This document shows positions 1-9,656 of a stretch of DNA of 40,275 bases, in pieces. Both the position numbers and the translations under genes were made by a program. The notes beneath the pieces are model-generated. The model saw only the letters and a list, made by a program, of their open reading frames with translations, had not been told where the DNA came from and did not search any database. Origin of the DNA: a virus; IMG/VR virus record IMGVR_UViG_3300015242_000001; one strand, written 5' to 3'. The stretch's first letter is position 1; every line of letters starts with the position of its first letter.

Positions 1-456
1 AATTAATTGCTCTCTATAAGGCCAGATTCTGTCTTTCATTATTTGGAGAGCTTTGTTGATATAACGAATTGCTTCAGAATGTAGTTCTGTATCGCCTTTT
101 ATTTCGAGAGTATGTTCTATACCACATCCACTGGATAAATTTGGTAATATGTTTTGTAATAACTCATTATTTTTTATTTTACATTCTACCCAGAGTCTAG
201 GATATGCATTAAATACAAGCCCACATGTTACTTCAATCAATAATGTACAATCTTCCCCTAGAAATAATTCCTCTATTTTAACGAATGTTGATTCTAGCAT
301 CCCATCTCCGTAATTAAATCCTAAAGCATACAGAATGTTTGAAGCAACTGCATGAGAAGGTACATATTTAGTAGTCGGCTCTTTGAAAGGATCAATTCCT
401 ACTATATATCCTACAGGATTTGGTGGTGGAGTATCCCAGCTAAAATTTACACTCAT
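1..456 (-). CDS. hypothetical protein, runs off the window edge (MSVNFSWDTPPPNPVGYIVGIDPF...)
   Basis: Manually translated open frame from ATG at 456 (overlapping the recA stop) to position 1 with no stop codon. Confidence 0.7.
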   Translation of the reverse strand, partial: MSVNFSWDTPPPNPVGYIVGIDPFKEPTTKYVPSHAVASNILYALGFNYGDGMLESTFVKIEELFLGEDCTLLIEVTCGLVFNAYPRLWVECKIKNNELLQNILPNLSSGCGIEHTLEIKGDTELHSEAIRYINKALQIMKDRIWPYREQLI

Positions 457-1487
457 GATTTTAATTTTTCTAGTATTTTAGATTCTAATTCCGCAGAAAA
501 TTCTGGGTTATCTAATAAAAATTGTTTAACTTTTTCCTCTCCTTGGAATTTAGTTTCCTGATCTAAGAAATTGAACCATGCTCCACCCTTTTCAATGAAT
601 CCATATTCAACTCCTAAATCAATTATCTCCTGTATTCTTTGAATCCCTTTACCAAACTCCACATAGTAAGATGCTTCACCATAAGGAATACCTACTTTAG
701 ATTTCGTTATTTTGGCCTTTACTTGAATACCGTAAACACCATCAGTATCTTTATCTAAAGATTTGGATAGCTCAATTTTGAGGGAAGTGTAATATTTTAA
801 TGCCTCCCCACCCACTTCTATAAAAGGATTCCCGTAAGCACCAGGAGATATTCTGTATTGATTTAAAAGTACCAACCCTGTATTAGTACGTATAAGATGA
901 GCATTTACACTACGCATGGCTTGACTCAACATAGCGCCCACTCTGGCAATCTGTCCCCCTCCTGCAATACCTTTCTGTAATTCAGACATTGGAGTTAGAG
1001 TAGCAATAGAATCCAATACAATTACTCCAAAGGAATTAGTTTTTAATAAATCCACTAATACCTCCAACCACTCTTCTCCAGCAACTGCCTCCCGGTCTTT
1101 AATTTTCAAAGATTTCAATAATGCCCCTGCATCTAATAGATAGAGATTATCTAAATCTACCCCTAAGTTTTTTGCGTATTCCCTATCGAAAGTACCTTCA
1201 ACATCTAAAAAAGCACAAGGAAGCATCTTCTTTTGTTCTTCGGCGATTATGTGTAAACTTAATGTAGTCTTAGAAGAGGATTCCTTTCCTAATATGATAG
1301 TGATCTTCCCGTCTTTGGGGATTCCCCCAATTTTAGTGGCTAAATCTAACGTTAAAGATCCTGTAGATGTGAACTCCTTAACTTCTTCAAATTTCTCATC
1401 ACTTGCTTTTACCATTACCCCCTTTCCATACTTCTCTTCAAAATCAGCTAACAAACCTTTGACTTTTTCGTCTTTAACTTTCGCCAT
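453..1487 (-). CDS. recA: RecA/UvsX-like recombinase
   Basis: STGSLTLDLA, Walker A GKESSSKTT, FLDVEG, IVLDS, LNQYR, GGEALKYY and KGGAWF all match RecA signature segments. Confidence 0.93.
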   Translation of the reverse strand: MAKVKDEKVKGLLADFEEKYGKGVMVKASDEKFEEVKEFTSTGSLTLDLATKIGGIPKDGKITIILGKESSSKTTLSLHIIAEEQKKMLPCAFLDVEGTFDREYAKNLGVDLDNLYLLDAGALLKSLKIKDREAVAGEEWLEVLVDLLKTNSFGVIVLDSIATLTPMSELQKGIAGGGQIARVGAMLSQAMRSVNAHLIRTNTGLVLLNQYRISPGAYGNPFIEVGGEALKYYTSLKIELSKSLDKDTDGVYGIQVKAKITKSKVGIPYGEASYYVEFGKGIQRIQEIIDLGVEYGFIEKGGAWFNFLDQETKFQGEEKVKQFLLDNPEFSAELESKILEKLKS

Positions 1488-1506
1488 TAAACTAATTATT
1501 TATCTA

Positions 1507-1538
1507 CAAAGATAATGATTTTAATTAGTTTTAACAAG
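1507..1538 (-). promoter_or_regulatory. Bacteroidota sigmaA-type promoter upstream of recA (TTG-N20-TAtcTTTG)
   Basis: Minus strand reads CTTG TTAAAACTAATTAAAATCAT TATCTTTG, matching the -33/-7 consensus. Confidence 0.7.
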
Positions 1539-1572
1539 TGAATTACTGATTTTATTCATTACTTTAGTGCAT

Positions 1573-1601
1573 AAAAATCCCCAGCAAGAATGCCAGGGAG
1601 T
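1573..1601 (-). terminator. intrinsic terminator
   Basis: Minus strand TCCCTGGCA-TTCT-TGCTGGGGA followed by TTTTT. Confidence 0.7.
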
Positions 1602-1669
1602 ATGTTCTTCGCGTTACAAAAACTATAGTGTTTAACATTTACAACCCTTCCTTTAAGAGCGTTTAAGTG

Positions 1670-2128
1670 TTAATTAATAGTTACAGAGTTTACAGTACCA
1701 GTTACAAATATCATTATTTCTCTCAATAATTTTTGCATGGGATAATTAGTCTCTATCTCAATCTCAAGTTTCTTAATTGCATCTATAGCAGTAGTATGGT
1801 CATTTCCAGAGAGTCTGCCAATCTCTTTATATGAGACGTTATTGCAGTGTAAGATAAAAAACACAATTCTCCGTTTTAAAACAGTGTTGACTCTTTTAGT
1901 ATTTTCAAATACTTCCTCTTTTGTCCAACCACCCCCTTCTAAAATAAGGGAGAATAATTCATCTGTTGGAATTTTATCCCCCAGTCTACAAAGAGTTTCC
2001 CATTTACTTAATACTTTAAATTCAATCTTCTTTCCAGTCTTAAAGTAGAAATCATTATTATACCCATCTATTAAGGTCTTCTCTGTTATTGATAGTTCGT
2101 TCATATATTTATTTACTGTTTTTAACAC
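1670..2128 (-). CDS. DnaA C-terminal (domain IV, HTH)-like DNA-binding protein
   Basis: RRIVFFILH...SYKEIGRLSGNDHTTAIDAIKKLE resembles the DnaA signature S(L)xxIGxxFGGRDHTTV. Confidence 0.7.
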   Translation of the reverse strand: MLKTVNKYMNELSITEKTLIDGYNNDFYFKTGKKIEFKVLSKWETLCRLGDKIPTDELFSLILEGGGWTKEEVFENTKRVNTVLKRRIVFFILHCNNVSYKEIGRLSGNDHTTAIDAIKKLEIEIETNYPMQKLLREIMIFVTGTVNSVTIN

Positions 2129-2415
2129 TCAGGATATAAGTCATATTTTATGCAAAGTTTATGCATTTCAGGACGACATTTAAAAGTATAAATTCTTCCA
2201 TCCATTACATTTACTTGCTTTTGATAGGAAGTACCTTTTAGGATTTTCCAATTATCTTGTCGGGCTTTTACTATTAGTCTTAGATCAGTGAAAGAGAAAA
2301 ATCCTATATCCCACTTACCAATATGATCTTGAACAAATTCACAAGAAGAACAATAATGATCTTTTCTTGCTGATCTTATAATTTCATCTGATACTACAGA
2401 AACACATGTACACAT
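2122..2415 (-). CDS. hypothetical Cys/His-rich (putative Zn-binding) protein
   Basis: ARKDHYCSSC plus C-terminal CxxxxHxxC. Confidence 0.55.
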   Translation of the reverse strand: MCTCVSVVSDEIIRSARKDHYCSSCEFVQDHIGKWDIGFFSFTDLRLIVKARQDNWKILKGTSYQKQVNVMDGRIYTFKCRPEMHKLCIKYDLYPEC

Positions 2416-2419
2416 AATA

Positions 2420-2680
2420 TTATTTTAAATGAGTATACCACAAATCTGCCGCTAAACAACCCATAACAGATCCAATCGCAGCTCCAGAACAGTAGAGTAG
2501 TCTATCCATAAATGATCCAAAACAGACACGTCTAATGTTCCACGACCACACCAACGAAATAAGAAATCCCACTACAAATATCCCCACCCATTGTTTATGT
2601 GCTATTTGATAGGTATTACAGCTAACTAACGCCACTTGCACAAAACCTGTCAATAGTAGCTTAAGGGATTCTTTATTCAT
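2420..2680 (-). CDS. small membrane protein (about 3 TM)
   Basis: Three hydrophobic segments in 86 aa. Confidence 0.6.
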   Translation of the reverse strand: MNKESLKLLLTGFVQVALVSCNTYQIAHKQWVGIFVVGFLISLVWSWNIRRVCFGSFMDRLLYCSGAAIGSVMGCLAADLWYTHLK

Positions 2681-3057
2681 TTTAATATACTATTATATGG
2701 TGGCGTACTTGATGTACATATGATCGATGGAAAATCAGGAAAATTTTTTCTCTTCTGACTTTGGATATAACCAGCCAACAAAGCACTATAATTAGCAAGA
2801 TCTTGTAATGTATCAATCACAGATTCATCTTTTACTTGCAATTCTCCGTTTTGTACGAAAGAGGAAATTCGTTTCATCTTATCAAACATTCTCGTGATAA
2901 ATCCAACCTCCGTTTTAATACCTAAAACCTCTACAGAAGTAAAGTTAGAAAATGGATCAGGACTACCACCAGTATAATCTGCATTTTTTGCCTTTGATGT
3001 TTCTATACATTGGTTAAAAAAGTCTTTTGCATACTCGAAGTATTCTGTTTTTGTCAT
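2677..3057 (-). CDS. nucleotide modification associated domain 1 (Nmad1/DUF1599-like, all-alpha NTP-pyrophosphatase-like)
   Basis: KNADY, DPFSNF, RMFDKMKRI and DESVIDTLQDLANY motifs. Confidence 0.75.
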   Translation of the reverse strand: MTKTEYFEYAKDFFNQCIETSKAKNADYTGGSPDPFSNFTSVEVLGIKTEVGFITRMFDKMKRISSFVQNGELQVKDESVIDTLQDLANYSALLAGYIQSQKRKNFPDFPSIICTSSTPPYNSILK

Positions 3058-3407
3058 AACGTTTTTTCTAACAGGTTAAATGCTATAAAAAATCCTTCTA
3101 TTTCTGCTTCCATTCTTTCATCGAATCCATTTGCCATCATTCCGTTTTTAGATGGTCCAATACCATATCCAAATGAATCACCATCTCTAGCTACAAATAG
3201 ATATATTTCATTCTCATCAAAAAATCCCCATAAAGATCTATATCCAGCAGTTAAAGCTCCAGTAACTAAATTATCAAGAGTAAATGCTTCTTTAATTTCC
3301 TTGGGTAGAGCAGAATCATTATAATCTTGCTTTACCCATTCTTCCAGCTTTGCGTATGCTTTCGGATAGGAATTTTTAATCTCTACTGGGTTAAGTAGTT
3401 TTCTCAT
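3054..3407 (-). CDS. hypothetical protein
   Basis: ORF coupled by ATGA overlap. Confidence 0.6.
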   Translation of the reverse strand: MRKLLNPVEIKNSYPKAYAKLEEWVKQDYNDSALPKEIKEAFTLDNLVTGALTAGYRSLWGFFDENEIYLFVARDGDSFGYGIGPSKNGMMANGFDERMEAEIEGFFIAFNLLEKTL

Positions 3408-3607
3408 ACTGGTTTATTATTAGAATTTACATATTCTACCACTGTAAATCCCATTTGTTTTAATTGATTATTTAAATTATCTCCGGTTACATGACCTAGA
3501 ACATTATTATCTATGTCTGTAACTTCAAAAAAACTTCTGCCTAAAACAGTCATGCTTGATGAAACTATTCCAGAATTTACTGATTGAATTTTAATTTGAT
3601 TTTTCAT
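3404..3607 (-). CDS. hypothetical protein
   Basis: ORF in the co-directional array. Confidence 0.5.
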   Translation of the reverse strand: MKNQIKIQSVNSGIVSSSMTVLGRSFFEVTDIDNNVLGHVTGDNLNNQLKQMGFTVVEYVNSNNKPV

Positions 3608-3610
3608 TTT

Positions 3611-4138
3611 TTATAGTTTTATTTTATTAATGTCTAATGTCTCAGTTTCGCTATCGAATTTGTCCCAAAAGTCAAGATCAGTATTTAACTCAGAATCAAG
3701 ATTTTCCTCCCAATACTTCTTCAACCCATCTGTTTTATTAAAGATATGATGATAAAGACTGGGTTTATCGTTCATGGTATCTGGGAATAACTCTTTGTAT
3801 TTCTTTGACAGTTTGGAGTACTCTCCTTTTAATATGGTCTTGTAATCTTTAATAAAATGTTTAGGAAATGGGATAACTAGCACCATATAATTAGAACCCC
3901 TAACTGGTTCATACAAATCTTCAAATATGTTAGTAAATTCAGGATAGTCCTCAAAGAAATGCCCATTCATACCTGTAAATAATAAATAGACTCCTTTGAT
4001 ACGTATTGTTCTATTGACATCTCCAATAAAAGCATTTACAAACCCGTATTTCTCAGTTAGTTCTTTACGATTCAAACCTAATCCTGGGAGTAAAAAGATG
4101 GTACTATTGTTTGGCTTCATTCTCTGGTATTTGATCAT
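3611..4138 (-). CDS. conserved phage replication-module protein of unknown function
   Basis: FLLPGLG...GEYSKLSKKYK pattern recalled from crAss-like/Bacteroidota phages near PD-(D/E)XK genes. Confidence 0.55.
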   Translation of the reverse strand: MIKYQRMKPNNSTIFLLPGLGLNRKELTEKYGFVNAFIGDVNRTIRIKGVYLLFTGMNGHFFEDYPEFTNIFEDLYEPVRGSNYMVLVIPFPKHFIKDYKTILKGEYSKLSKKYKELFPDTMNDKPSLYHHIFNKTDGLKKYWEENLDSELNTDLDFWDKFDSETETLDINKIKL

Positions 4139-4451
4139 TAGAGATCCATTCAGTCATCCCTTTCAATCTCACTTTAGCACCTTTGAAAGACTGGATCAGA
4201 TGCCCTCCATCAGAAAGTCTACCACAATCTACATCCATCCCAATAGTAACTTCTTTTAGATATTGGAATAGATCCCTATCCTTATCCATAAATGTTATAT
4301 TTCCCCATCCAGTTCGTAAATTGCTAGGACTTTCTTCATACCACAATTGCCCTGTTTCATACCTACCTACCCATAAATAACTTGGACCTGATCCGTCACA
4401 ATGATAACGTTCTTTATTAAACTCCAACTCCCCTAATAATATTCCTTTCAT
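4104..4451 (-). CDS. hypothetical protein
   Basis: ORF in the array. Confidence 0.55.
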   Translation of the reverse strand: MKGILLGELEFNKERYHCDGSGPSYLWVGRYETGQLWYEESPSNLRTGWGNITFMDKDRDLFQYLKEVTIGMDVDCGRLSDGGHLIQSFKGAKVRLKGMTEWISNDQIPENEAKQ

Positions 4452-5509
4452 AATGCAAATTGCTTTATTGATAAATTACCCGAATTCCTATAATTATCAA
4501 ATGATATTCTCCAATCGTTAGAGACTTCAGTATGCCAGCGGATCTCTTTCAGAGCCTCTTTTATCCCCTTCCAGTGCCTTCCTCTGTAATCAAACCCATC
4601 TACACCTTGTCTAGCATGTGCTAATGTTGTATGCCACACTAAGGGCCTTAAAAAGGCATTGCTGTCACCTGCAATAAAGGATACTGGTTCAACTACATAA
4701 TCAGGGAACATTTCTTCCAGAGCATAATGATATACTCCATTTTGGAGATAGTACATATCATCTAAGTATGCCCACTCAAACGACTCGACTTGAAATGTGA
4801 TTTTTATGTCTAGTGGCTTGATAATCTTGTTCTTATGATCTACCTTCAAACGATCTATCATACCTTTGATTGTATAACCCTCCAATTCTATTTCAAATGG
4901 GAACTGATTAAACCATTCTACATCTCCATCTTCTTCTGGATTGAAGATAGCATATGTATTAGGATCGTTTTTCAATTGCCTAACTATAATCTCAGCCTTC
5001 TCAACTTCATCTGGAGTTACTACAGTTTTATCCATGGAATTCCTGAACTCTATGTAATAGTCGTACCCTATTTTCTTAGTCAAGAATTCATTTAACACGT
5101 AGTCAATATCTTTCTTCTTAAACTTCACTTCCTCACCAGCTGCATTGTACTTAACATCATTGAATGCTTCCCCAATAAGGACTTCCATTTCTTTAGTGAT
5201 GACATCATTTGAGTCTACAGCTGCTATGGTCCTTTTCTTCAAAGCATCGACGAAATCCAACATCTGTCCACTTGGTTTCTCAGCAGATGTAAGTACAAAT
5301 TTCTCATCGAAAGTATCCTCATCACAAGTAAGGTAGAAATCCACTAAATTACCTAACCTTATTGCATCATTTTCTTCCTTGACTTTTTCTTTGAGGATAT
5401 ACTTCTTCCTGAACTTCATTCTATTATCCAGGAACATTTTTATAGCGCTATAGCTGAGATATTTAATCTGTGTTTGAGGTTGTTGTACATTTTGAGTAAC
5501 CATTACCAT
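4448..5509 (-). CDS. PD-(D/E)XK Cas4/RecB-like exonuclease
   Basis: LSYSAIK, GNLVD, IKGMIDRL, PLDIKIT and YYLQNGVY motifs. Confidence 0.8.
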   Translation of the reverse strand: MVMVTQNVQQPQTQIKYLSYSAIKMFLDNRMKFRKKYILKEKVKEENDAIRLGNLVDFYLTCDEDTFDEKFVLTSAEKPSGQMLDFVDALKKRTIAAVDSNDVITKEMEVLIGEAFNDVKYNAAGEEVKFKKKDIDYVLNEFLTKKIGYDYYIEFRNSMDKTVVTPDEVEKAEIIVRQLKNDPNTYAIFNPEEDGDVEWFNQFPFEIELEGYTIKGMIDRLKVDHKNKIIKPLDIKITFQVESFEWAYLDDMYYLQNGVYHYALEEMFPDYVVEPVSFIAGDSNAFLRPLVWHTTLAHARQGVDGFDYRGRHWKGIKEALKEIRWHTEVSNDWRISFDNYRNSGNLSIKQFAL

Positions 5510-5955
5510 TTAGATAATTTATTTGAACATAATGGACTGTCTTTTACATGAACTCTAATTCCATCCTTATTTTCAACCCACCACCTATTGTATCGTACTT
5601 GTTTTTCTTTTAAGAAATAGAAGTTTTCATTACACCAATTGATAAAAGTTTTCTTGGGTTTATTATCAATAACAGCTATTTCAAATACTTGAGGATGTGG
5701 TACAAATAATTCTTCCAAATCGTTTTCTTGAATATCCCCAGCTAAATATCTCTGATGAAGTTCCAGATACCACCATCCATCTTTCTTACAAAACTGATCT
5801 GATTTAGAGCAGGTGATTACATAGATCTTTAGTTTATTATTCTCTTCTTCAGCAAAGAGGGAAAGACGACGTCCCTTATTGTCATATCGATTAAAATTTG
5901 CGTACATTTTATTTGTGTGTTTGCGTTTTCGTAAACAGATGCCTTTTGTGAACAA
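5503..5955 (-). CDS. hypothetical protein
   Basis: ORF with CSKSDQFCKKDG motif; start uncertain. Confidence 0.55.
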   Translation of the reverse strand: MFTKGICLRKRKHTNKMYANFNRYDNKGRRLSLFAEEENNKLKIYVITCSKSDQFCKKDGWWYLELHQRYLAGDIQENDLEELFVPHPQVFEIAVIDNKPKKTFINWCNENFYFLKEKQVRYNRWWVENKDGIRVHVKDSPLCSNKLSKW

Positions 5956-7026
5956 TCATCCTGTTTTTTTACCAAAATATCCTATACTCTTTGTCTCTTT
6001 ACCAAATTCATGACTGGATGGAAGTTTTTTCATTTCTACTAATCTCTGAATAGTCTCTTCAAAAGTATTTCCAATAATGATTACAGATTTGATCAATTCT
6101 CCCAAATGAGCCATGCTCATTCCTTCAGTTTGGTCTACCCAGCTTTTAAGATCTATAATATTTAAATCACTATCTTTTAACTTAGCCTTGAAATATATTT
6201 CTCTACATTCGGCATTTGGAGCTTTAACTTCAATTCTTAAATCAAACCTGGAAGGTCTATTCAAAATCCTGGCCGTAAGATTTTCTGGGAAATTTGTAGT
6301 ACCAATGTACACTACATTATTGATCTGATTAACACCGTCTAAAATGTTCAATAGAGTAGTTTCATTTTCTTTATAAGCACATAGGCCATCAATATCTTCT
6401 ATGCACACGACCAGCCGCCTGTTAGGTTCAATGACCCTTAATATTTCGCTGGAAAATTTATAATAACTGTCCAATTCTCCAGATTGAGAAATATAAATAA
6501 CTATACCGTTTAATTTTTCAACTAAGTGTTTACATAGTTTATTAATCAAACAAGATTTCCCCATACCAGCCTCACCATAAAGTAACACACCTCGTTTATA
6601 TGTATATCCATACTCTTTAAATTTCTCTTCACGTTCCCAGAATGTTTTAATACCAGTTACAACAGCGTCTCCTTCCTTCATCGGAAGATCCACTAGTTCA
6701 TCAAGGTTAAGATTTTTCTTAAAGAGGTAAAATCCAACTCCATCTGCGAATCTTATGTTATAAACTCCAGCATCTAATTCCTTTTGTGTATTAGAATTGT
6801 CAGCGGGGATGAAAGTACTTGTACCCCTTTTCAACCACTGACTATATTGTACTTTTTCTTCTTTTTTATCTTCAGCCATTTTTTTCTTATTGTTAAAATA
6901 TGATTCTAAAATTTCTGTTAATGTAAATCCGTCAATTAAGTTAGATGTATCAACATCATCTTCTGACTCTGGTATATAGTCTTCATCTCCTAATTCCTCA
7001 AGGTCATCTTGCCAGTCTTGATTCAT
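5956..7026 (-). CDS. AAA+ ATPase (BCS1/FtsH-type module)
   Basis: GVLLYGEAGMGKS, IEDIDG, LNILDG, TTNF and NRPSRFD (second region of homology). Confidence 0.88.
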   Translation of the reverse strand: MNQDWQDDLEELGDEDYIPESEDDVDTSNLIDGFTLTEILESYFNNKKKMAEDKKEEKVQYSQWLKRGTSTFIPADNSNTQKELDAGVYNIRFADGVGFYLFKKNLNLDELVDLPMKEGDAVVTGIKTFWEREEKFKEYGYTYKRGVLLYGEAGMGKSCLINKLCKHLVEKLNGIVIYISQSGELDSYYKFSSEILRVIEPNRRLVVCIEDIDGLCAYKENETTLLNILDGVNQINNVVYIGTTNFPENLTARILNRPSRFDLRIEVKAPNAECREIYFKAKLKDSDLNIIDLKSWVDQTEGMSMAHLGELIKSVIIIGNTFEETIQRLVEMKKLPSSHEFGKETKSIGYFGKKTG

Positions 7027-7682
7027 TTAAATTGAGTTAAATACTCATTTAATGTCCTTGTCTCGTATGAAATCTTTCTATTCTTTCCTGTACCTGTTAG
7101 TAAATAAGTACTAGGAGTAAAAGTTGGTTCAAATCTATTTTCGGGCTTAAAAATGTTAATGAATTTCCCGTATTTCTGGTACACCCATTTACAATCATTA
7201 ACTGCTTTAGATGTCTTCCCTTTCCAGTCAGTAAAATCTGGTTTAACTTCAATATGACAGTAATACTCATCTTTCTTATGATCATGACACACCAACCAGT
7301 GTTTCTCCCATTTAGTTCCACTTCCAAGTACCCAACAGAATACTCCAATAGCTTTCTTTGTGAAAATAGCATTGTAATCAGCTGTGTAACTATGACCATG
7401 TACTAATGTCTGGGCTGCTGGTTTACTGCCCCGCTTCATCTGGATAACAAAGTCATTAGTAATACTATCAGATAGAAGGAAAGACTCACTACGGGTAATC
7501 TCTTTCACATAACCGGCTTTCTTTAATTCTAATAACCAGGAAAGGGAGTACATCTCAGTAAGGCTTTCATAGAATATACCATCTAAATAACCTTCTTTAG
7601 ATACAGGTTTAGCTTTAACTTTTCTTTGAAATCTTGCTTTAGGACTAGTATCGCTTCTCGTAGGTGTTTTCTTATTCTTCAA
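7023..7682 (-). CDS. PD-(D/E)XK endonuclease (DUF1064 / resolvase-like)
   Basis: DGIFYESLTE, SYTADY and HIEVKP motifs. Confidence 0.65.
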   Translation of the reverse strand: MKNKKTPTRSDTSPKARFQRKVKAKPVSKEGYLDGIFYESLTEMYSLSWLLELKKAGYVKEITRSESFLLSDSITNDFVIQMKRGSKPAAQTLVHGHSYTADYNAIFTKKAIGVFCWVLGSGTKWEKHWLVCHDHKKDEYYCHIEVKPDFTDWKGKTSKAVNDCKWVYQKYGKFINIFKPENRFEPTFTPSTYLLTGTGKNRKISYETRTLNEYLTQFK

Positions 7683-7914
7683 TGGTAGGGTTTTCGTTCT
7701 TCTGTTCTTCTATCTGTTCTAATAACGATTTCTGGCGGTATTTGGGCTTCTTCTCATCTGCAACAGCTTTTCCATATATACATTCTAACTGTAACCAAGG
7801 AGACAGGGTGTTGTTGAGGTTTACTTCTTTAAAATCTTTTAATACTTGCCAAAAGTATTTATTACGTAATAATCGTAACTTTCCTTTAGTAATCTTCAAT
7901 TCTTCATCAGTCAT
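7672..7914 (-). CDS. hypothetical protein
   Basis: ORF directly after a promoter. Confidence 0.5.
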   Translation of the reverse strand: MTDEELKITKGKLRLLRNKYFWQVLKDFKEVNLNNTLSPWLQLECIYGKAVADEKKPKYRQKSLLEQIEEQKNENPTIEE

Positions 7915-7932
7915 AAACTAATAATTATGACG

Positions 7933-7963
7933 TAAAGATAATTATTTTAATTAGTTTCACAAA
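7933..7963 (-). promoter_or_regulatory. Bacteroidota-type promoter (TTTG-N19-TAtcTTTA)
   Basis: Minus strand TTTG TGAAACTAATTAAAATAAT TATCTTTA; spacer nearly identical to the 1507-1538 promoter. Confidence 0.65.
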
Positions 7964-8672
7964 ATTTAATTGTTTCCACCCATTCAATAGACTCATTTCT
8001 GGTTTTTAACAGGAATTCGTTAGTTTTAGAGAAAACATCCCTATGGTTCCATCTCCTAAATCCACTAATAGCTGTCTTTGGGTGATCACACATAAGAAGC
8101 TCATGTTCTGAAGAAACTGATTCAATATCTACTTTCACTAAATCCCCCATACAAATAACCACCAAAGGAGCTGGATAAGGGTTGATAACTGATTTAAGGA
8201 GGTAGGTTATAAACGGTCGCCAGATATCAAAGTGAGGGTATTTATCTCCTGCTGTAGTACTGAGGGCGGTATTCAGTAATAATACCCCCTGTGAGGCCAA
8301 ACCTGTAAGATCAGATGAAATATCTATATCCAGCTTTAAACCGTCAAATAAGTCCCTTTCTACCCCATCATACCATACTTCCAACTCTTTCTCTAATACC
8401 CCAGTTTCTGCACACGAAAAGGCCAACCCATCTGCTACTATTTTATTACTCCTGATATTGTTGTAAGGACCATCTGCTAATATGACTACTTTTAGATCCT
8501 CATAGTTACATTCACGAAATGGACGAAATAAATTGAACGCGGCAGGGGAAATCTTCTTACTCTTCCCAATAGTTTGTAGCTGTAGGAAAATATCATCAAA
8601 CTCTTTCGTAGATACAAATGGTTCCAAATAAGGTTTCCAGCTTTCTGAGCAATTTATTTTATCGATATTCAT
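7947..8672 (-). CDS. ung: family-1 uracil-DNA glycosylase homolog with degenerate catalytic motifs
   Basis: KVVILADGPY (cf. GQDPY), DGLAFS, QGVLLLNTAL, H-W, HPK (cf. HPS), FSKTNEFL...IEW. Confidence 0.8.
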   Translation of the reverse strand: MNIDKINCSESWKPYLEPFVSTKEFDDIFLQLQTIGKSKKISPAAFNLFRPFRECNYEDLKVVILADGPYNNIRSNKIVADGLAFSCAETGVLEKELEVWYDGVERDLFDGLKLDIDISSDLTGLASQGVLLLNTALSTTAGDKYPHFDIWRPFITYLLKSVINPYPAPLVVICMGDLVKVDIESVSSEHELLMCDHPKTAISGFRRWNHRDVFSKTNEFLLKTRNESIEWVETIKFCETN

Positions 8673-8832
8673 CTTTATATACTTACATTAAGAATTAAAT
8701 CGGTTGAATCTTCACATATTTCCTGGATACTCATCAAATTTACAAATGTGTCTTCAGCCACACCCTCAACAAAAATAGAAAACTCTTTATTGTCATCATA
8801 TTTATCAAGTAACTTAACAAATTCTCCTTTGG

Positions 8833-9655
8833 TCATAATTTCTCTTTTAAATCAATTTGTAATTTTAATGTTGTCTCTGATTTTACTTTAGCAACCAGTT
8901 CAATTTTATAAATTTCGTCCCCATGTTCTAAAGATCTATTTTCCAACCATTTTTCAACTGCTTCCCAGTTACCTATTTCTTGAAAATCCTGATCATCGCA
9001 ATAATGATTAGGACTATCTCCGTATTTAACTATGTATTGATCTTCCATTGTTTATAGTATTAATCAAAGTTATAATGAGCTATTTCCCATTTTTCAGCAG
9101 CATTTGATAAATCTTCAAGTCTATCATCCTCCTCCTGTGACAATTTAGAAAATCCTTTATCAAAAAGAGATTCAATTTCTTTCATTACTATGGTATATTC
9201 TTCGTGGGATGTAATTAGCATACAATATTGTATTTTTCATTAAAAAAGTGAAAGCATTCTGAATTGTGTTCCACTGCATGTCCCCAATCTCCATGCGCTG
9301 AATTATAGACTTTCTCTAAAAATCCATCTTTAAATACTAAATCGTAAGAGACATACATATATTCTTCCTTACCAAACTTATTATAAAACTTATAAGCCCT
9401 TGTTTCTTTCTTTTGTGTCATCATATTTTGCTATTTTTAATATTCTACTTCTTTTTCGTAAACTACTTTTGGGAAATGCTCCTTTTCGGATAATCTATCT
9501 ATATATTTCTTCGCGGAAAAAAGATTATCATAAAAATCTAATACCTTCCACCCGACAAATTCAACTGTCACACCTACTGGTGTACATCGTACATACTCTT
9601 GTACCTCGAAGTTTGTTTCTGAATGCTGCACTACCCTATATTTTGTTGTATCCAT
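8833..9655 (-). CDS. cluster of small hypothetical ORFs (8833-9048, 9215-9424, 9437-9655)
   Basis: Short co-directional ORFs with phage-like composition. Confidence 0.5.
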
Positions 9656-9656
9656 T

